Source: an uncultured Candidatus Binatia bacterium (GTDB lineage Bacteria > Desulfobacterota > Binatia > UBA9968 > CAXXLF01). Taken from it: a stretch of 64,000 nucleotides of DNA. Within the stretch, counting starts at the first letter, position 1. The number at the start of each line of letters is the position of its first letter. The stretch spans positions 64,001 to 128,000 of the forward strand of contig OZ244621.1 in the NCBI GenBank assembly GCA_965218425.1. The letters run 5' to 3'. Below the pieces are notes generated by a model that saw nothing but the letters and a program-made list of their open reading frames with translations, was not told the origin of the DNA and searched no databases. Position numbers and translations under genes: made by a program. Below are positions 60,100-64,000 of this stretch, one piece after another.

Positions 60100-60894
60100 A
60101 TGCGGATTTTGTTGATAGTTGCCACCCTAAGCCTGTCGATGGCGGGCCTCAACGGAACAACGGCCAGTCGTAGCGTATTTGTTGCTACCACTACGAGTGT
60201 TAGAGACACCGGTTTGTTGAAACACTTGTTGCCCCATGTCCCCGCAATCGCAGTGGGCAGCGGGAAGGCGCTTCAGTTGGGGATGAGAAAAGAAGCTCAC
60301 CTGGTAATTTCCCATTACCCCGAACTTGAACGACAGTTTATGGCTGACGGTTTTGGCATCCTACGCCGGCCGTTCATGTATAACCGGTTCGTGATTGTCG
60401 GGCCATTTGATGATCCTGCCGGCATAAGCAATACGCGCACACTGACTGAAGCCTTCAAAGCGATATCTGTTAGCCGTGCGAGATTTATTTCAAGGGGCGA
60501 TGGCTCCGGAACCCATGCTAAAGAAATGGTCATCCGGTCGAAGGCTCATATATCGCCATTCTCATCCCGTTACGTCTCAACGGGTAGCGGCATGGGATCA
60601 ACCTTGGCGACGGCTGAAAGCCTCAAGGGATATACTTTGACGGACGAAGCGACCTTCGATATCCTGAATCCGAAGCTACGGATGTTTCCCTTTGAAGGTG
60701 ACATGAGCCTCAATCTGTACAGCGCCCTTCTAGTCTCCGAGGTGGCAAGGGACGCGTTCAATCACGTCACCTCAGTGGATGTTGCAAAGATCATTCGGCA
60801 AAAGGGTTTTGTACCATGCAGGGAGGATTCGACGGCGCCAGGAGGGCCACACCATCGCCGGGATTCCCGCACGGTGTGCCCGAGTTCATCGTAA
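60100..60894 (+). CDS. tupA: Tungstate ABC substrate-binding protein TupA-like, orphan and possibly degenerate
   Basis: ATTTSVRDTGLL, AVGSGKAL, MYNRFVIVGP..DPAGI, FISRGDGSGTH, GMGSTL, YTLTD. Confidence 0.75.
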   Translation: MRILLIVATLSLSMAGLNGTTASRSVFVATTTSVRDTGLLKHLLPHVPAIAVGSGKALQLGMRKEAHLVISHYPELERQFMADGFGILRRPFMYNRFVIVGPFDDPAGISNTRTLTEAFKAISVSRARFISRGDGSGTHAKEMVIRSKAHISPFSSRYVSTGSGMGSTLATAESLKGYTLTDEATFDILNPKLRMFPFEGDMSLNLYSALLVSEVARDAFNHVTSVDVAKIIRQKGFVPCREDSTAPGGPHHRRDSRTVCPSSS

Positions 60895-60918
60895 CGATTG
60901 GTTCAGCATATATCGCCG

Positions 60919-61569
60919 TCAGGGTCTGCGGTTTGCCGCTAGGGCCCGCTGATAGGCCCCACGCGACGTATTCCTATTCATATAGCCCAAGACAAGATCG
61001 CTGAGCTTTAGCTTGTGGTTGTGGCCGGACACGATACAGGTGGTCAATAAAAGGTCTGCGCCGGTGAAGGTATCACCCAGAATAAACGGTCTCCCATCCG
61101 CCAATTTGAGATGTGCCACCCTGATCTGCTTTTCAAATCCCTCAAAGGCTGCACGCACCGCGTTGGGAGCCTCACCGTAGATCTCCTTGAGGCCCACGTG
61201 CCTGCGGACAACGTAGAGGGTAGTGGCGTCCAGTTCGGTCATACAGAAAAAACACCATTCGTAATAGGCCGCACGCTCAGGCGTACCTAACGGCGGTACT
61301 AACCCTTTAGATCCTCCATAGGTCTCCCCCAGATAGGTGACGATTGCTGCGCTCTCTGCCACCGTAAGATCTCCATCCTGCAGGAGGGGGACCTTCTCCC
61401 GGGGGTTGAGCCGGACATACTCGAGCTGCTGGGTTTCTCCAGTGCGAGGCCCGATTGGACGTCTTTCATATTCGAGTTCCAGCTCCTGGAGGATCCACTG
61501 AGCCCTCATGGTTCGTGGCGTTCCGGCTCCCCAAAGGATTAACCGAGGTTTTTCTGTTGCTTCGGCCAT
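60919..61569 (-). CDS. Glutathione S-transferase family protein
   Basis: LNPREKVPLL, AESAAI, GDTFTGADLL. Confidence 0.9.
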   Translation of the reverse strand: MAEATEKPRLILWGAGTPRTMRAQWILQELELEYERRPIGPRTGETQQLEYVRLNPREKVPLLQDGDLTVAESAAIVTYLGETYGGSKGLVPPLGTPERAAYYEWCFFCMTELDATTLYVVRRHVGLKEIYGEAPNAVRAAFEGFEKQIRVAHLKLADGRPFILGDTFTGADLLLTTCIVSGHNHKLKLSDLVLGYMNRNTSRGAYQRALAANRRP

Positions 61570-61822
61570 GTCACCTCCCAAATTGGAGAAAGAGTATCCG
61601 ACAAATGGGATACCAGGTCAAATGGTCACAGCAATCTTGTTAAGGAAGGACCCGTAGGGGGCTACGGCTCGCCCGGGGAAAGCAGCCGTAAATGCCATTC
61701 ATGGGAATCGAACTCCCCAAGCCTCCGACGCTTGGATTTTTTGGTCGGCGTTGTGCTATATTGACGTCCTGAATTAGGTCTGCAATTTGAGCCATCACCT
61801 CAGGCTCAACATGGCCCATAAA

Positions 61823-61900
61823 GTCCCCGTCGTCTAGCCTGGCCCAGGACACCGGCCTTTCACGCCGGCAACACGGGTTCGAATCCCGTCGGGGACACCA
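61823..61900 (+). tRNA. tRNA-Glu(TTC)
   Basis: GTCCCCG/CGGGGAC acceptor stem, CCGGC-CTTTCAC-GCCGG anticodon arm, GGTTCGAATCC, ACCA end. Confidence 0.96.
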
Positions 61901-61990
61901 ATGTATTCACGAACTTAGCGGGTTGCGGTTTGAAAACGGTTTGATCGGGGTGGGTGAGCTCGACGGTTTCGCAAGATTTCTTAACTCAAG

Positions 61991-62236
61991 TTGGCCAACC
62001 AACACATTGTCGATGACTGCGAAAGCATTACCCTTAAGCTCTTCAATCAACCAGACTACGAGCCCCACGTGGTCGCGGCTGATGAAGGCAACGACTTGGC
62101 CATCCTGAAGACTAAGTACCAGCCACGATCACGTGCCGTGTTGCGCGGTGATACAGGTGCCCGTCACGGTGACAGTGTCACGGCCGTAGGATATCCATTG
62201 TTTTTTGGAATTCAGGTGTTGTATTCAGAGCGGTAA
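61991..62236 (+). pseudogene. Trypsin-like serine protease fragment
   Basis: ANQHIVDDC (His), DEGNDLAILK (Asp), GDSVTAVGYP; catalytic Ser region absent. Confidence 0.7.
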
Positions 62237-62414
62237 GGAACCCTCCGATCCGGTGTTGCAAATTATTTCTGGATCGACTATGTATTTTCCTGATTTGTTC
62301 GGGGTGCTCCAGGTGGTTCGCACCCCAGGAGATTAGGAAAAGATCCACCGCTGCGGGGTGGGGGATTGCCATTCGAACGATTATCTTTGTGACACTGGGT
62401 TAGTCGGACTCAAT

Positions 62415-62648
62415 ATGGGCACCAGGATGAATACCGCGGCGAGGCGTATTAGCCATCACATAAACATATGCAAGCTTGTTCTAAAGGACCCTCGCACGCC
62501 AAAACAGGCAAAGGCTACCATGGGATTCGCGGTGGCCTGTCTACCTTTCCCCTTGAGTTTTACGGTCTCACCGATTTTAATCATCGCAGCGCTGAGAATG
62601 ATTCCACAAGAAATCATTGAAGCTAGCAAGCCCAGCCTAAATAGTTGA
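62415..62648 (+). pseudogene. YkvA/DUF1232 remnant
   Basis: KDPRTPKQAK..AVA and ALRMIPQEII present; conserved DLIPDFIP..DD core missing. Confidence 0.6.
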
Positions 62649-62657
62649 GTTGCCAAA

Positions 62658-62846
62658 TTGCCCGACAATATTGTTTGGTTCATCATCTTACTTGCATTTG
62701 TTTTTGCCTTTTTAATTGCCTATGGCGTCCTGTGGAATCTAATCGGTATCTGGCTCATGGGGCGAAAAATCGAAAAACGAGAACACCCAACCAAGGATAT
62801 TGACAGTTCGGAATCCATCAATAGTCACGATTCCAGTCGTCCGTAG
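62658..62846 (+). CDS. Small single-TM hypothetical protein
   Basis: Hydrophobic N-terminal helix followed by a charged tail. Confidence 0.4.
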   Translation: MPDNIVWFIILLAFVFAFLIAYGVLWNLIGIWLMGRKIEKREHPTKDIDSSESINSHDSSRP

Positions 62847-63081
62847 TAACAACCGCCCACCCACTTCAGCCCTGGCAATCCCGCTGAAATATTCACACCC
62901 GCCCACGGTCGGAAAACTTTTCCAGCTCAACAACGGGATTCGTTTGGAAAGCTTTAAGAAATCCTAAATGCCAACGGTTGCAGACTTAATATTTGTCTCG
63001 CGGGACGCGCCTGGTGTTATTTGACCTGCGCTCTTTGCCTCTAGATTGAATTCAAAGTCCATCAGGAGCGATTGACTATAA

Positions 63082-63873
63082 ATGATTCAAGGAATTGTAT
63101 TGGGCATCATTCAGGGCGTTACGGAATGGCTTCCCGTGAGCTCTGAGGGGACTATAGTTCTCGCAAAGCTGCATCTGTTTGGTTCGAACGATATCGAGGA
63201 CATGATTCATCTAGCCCTAACTCTTCATTTAGGAACATTCCTTGCAGCCCTAATCTATTTTCGAAAAGAGGTGTTGACCTTAGCAAAATCCACCTTTCAC
63301 TACACAACCGCTTCTCAGGAACAAAGAGCCACCATTCAGTTCCTTATGGTTGCCACACTCATCAGTGGCATTGTGGGATTCATCCTCTTAAAAACACTCA
63401 TCTATTTTGAGGACGGTCTGGCGGCTTCCGGAAAATTAATTACCATGGCTATTGGTTGTTTGTTGCTCGTTACCGCGGGTTTTCAATTCGCCCAACACGA
63501 ATTCGCTTGGAAAGGCCCTCAGGACACTACCCCCACGGATGGATTTCTTCTCGGTATCGTTCAGGGTTTCTCGGTTTTACCTGGTCTCTCACGATCAGGC
63601 CTGACCATTTCGGCTCTACTGTTGAGAAATTTTGATGACACCCATGCTTTGACCCTGAGCTTCCTCATGAGTCTCCCGGTTGTTCTTGGAGGGAATATTA
63701 TGCTGAATCTTGGCGATCCCTTAATTAACGGGACCACTTTATGGGGATGCCTGTTTGCATTTCTTTTTGGTCTGGCAACGATCCATATACTTCTGAAACT
63801 CAGCAGAAAAATGAATTTCGCCTATTTTGTTCTTTTCTTTGGTCTACTGATGATTGCTTCTGGAATCTGGTGA
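63082..63873 (+). CDS. uppP: Undecaprenyl-diphosphate phosphatase
   Basis: GIIQGVTEWLPVSSEG, HLGT, QGFSVLPGLSRSGLT, SFLMSLP. Confidence 0.92.
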   Translation: MIQGIVLGIIQGVTEWLPVSSEGTIVLAKLHLFGSNDIEDMIHLALTLHLGTFLAALIYFRKEVLTLAKSTFHYTTASQEQRATIQFLMVATLISGIVGFILLKTLIYFEDGLAASGKLITMAIGCLLLVTAGFQFAQHEFAWKGPQDTTPTDGFLLGIVQGFSVLPGLSRSGLTISALLLRNFDDTHALTLSFLMSLPVVLGGNIMLNLGDPLINGTTLWGCLFAFLFGLATIHILLKLSRKMNFAYFVLFFGLLMIASGIW

Positions 63874-63982
63874 ACCCCGTATCACGGACTCACGTCCGTG
63901 GCTTTGGGCCGCTTCCTTCCAGGGAAGTTCGGAACATTCATCTCCTGACTCACGTCCAGAGGTTCTGTGGTTCGGGGTGAAC
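63870..63982 (+). repeat. Miniature palindromic element, copy 2
   Basis: GTGAAC..CACGGAC-TCAC-GTCCGTG..ctgactcacgtccag..GTGAAC; starts at the uppP stop codon; homologous to 42705-42820. Confidence 0.75.
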
Positions 63983-64000
63983 CTGCGGGAAGGGGGCGGG

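Noticed and set aside
61695..61750. Minus-strand GGGAGTTCGATTCCC T-arm-like motif preceded by a hairpin, resembling the 3' half of a long-variable-arm tRNA such as tRNA-Sec
   Set aside because: No acceptor stem, D-arm or TCA anticodon arm can be built; overlaps the likely tRNA-Glu promoter region.

Overview
A 64 kb bacterial chromosomal window. Gene content (many Rieske oxygenases, M24, amidohydrolase, cupin, TAXI-like and Fe(III)/polyamine-type binding proteins, plus topoisomerase VI) suggests a deltaproteobacterium-like lineage such as Ca. Binatia; this is inference only. Main blocks: two aromatic-catabolism-like modules (1-3.8 kb and 10.6-21.6 kb), the second bracketed by a duplicated 5' end of a YdiJ-like oxidoreductase gene; tandem SdhABE-type (HdrB-like anchor) and FrdABCD operons; a top6B-top6A operon; tRNA-Lys(TTT) and tRNA-Glu(TTC); two copies of a palindromic IS200/IS605-like miniature repeat; and many pseudogene fragments. 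The best candidate for an undescribed system is missing from the ORF track: a 73-codon gene at 53727-53948 (+) with a strong RBS, two in-frame TGA codons (G-U-H-N-N-U-G) and a downstream SECIS-like hairpin. It looks like a small double-selenocysteine protein coupled to an upstream unknown gene. All protein calls come from motif recognition; no database searches were run.
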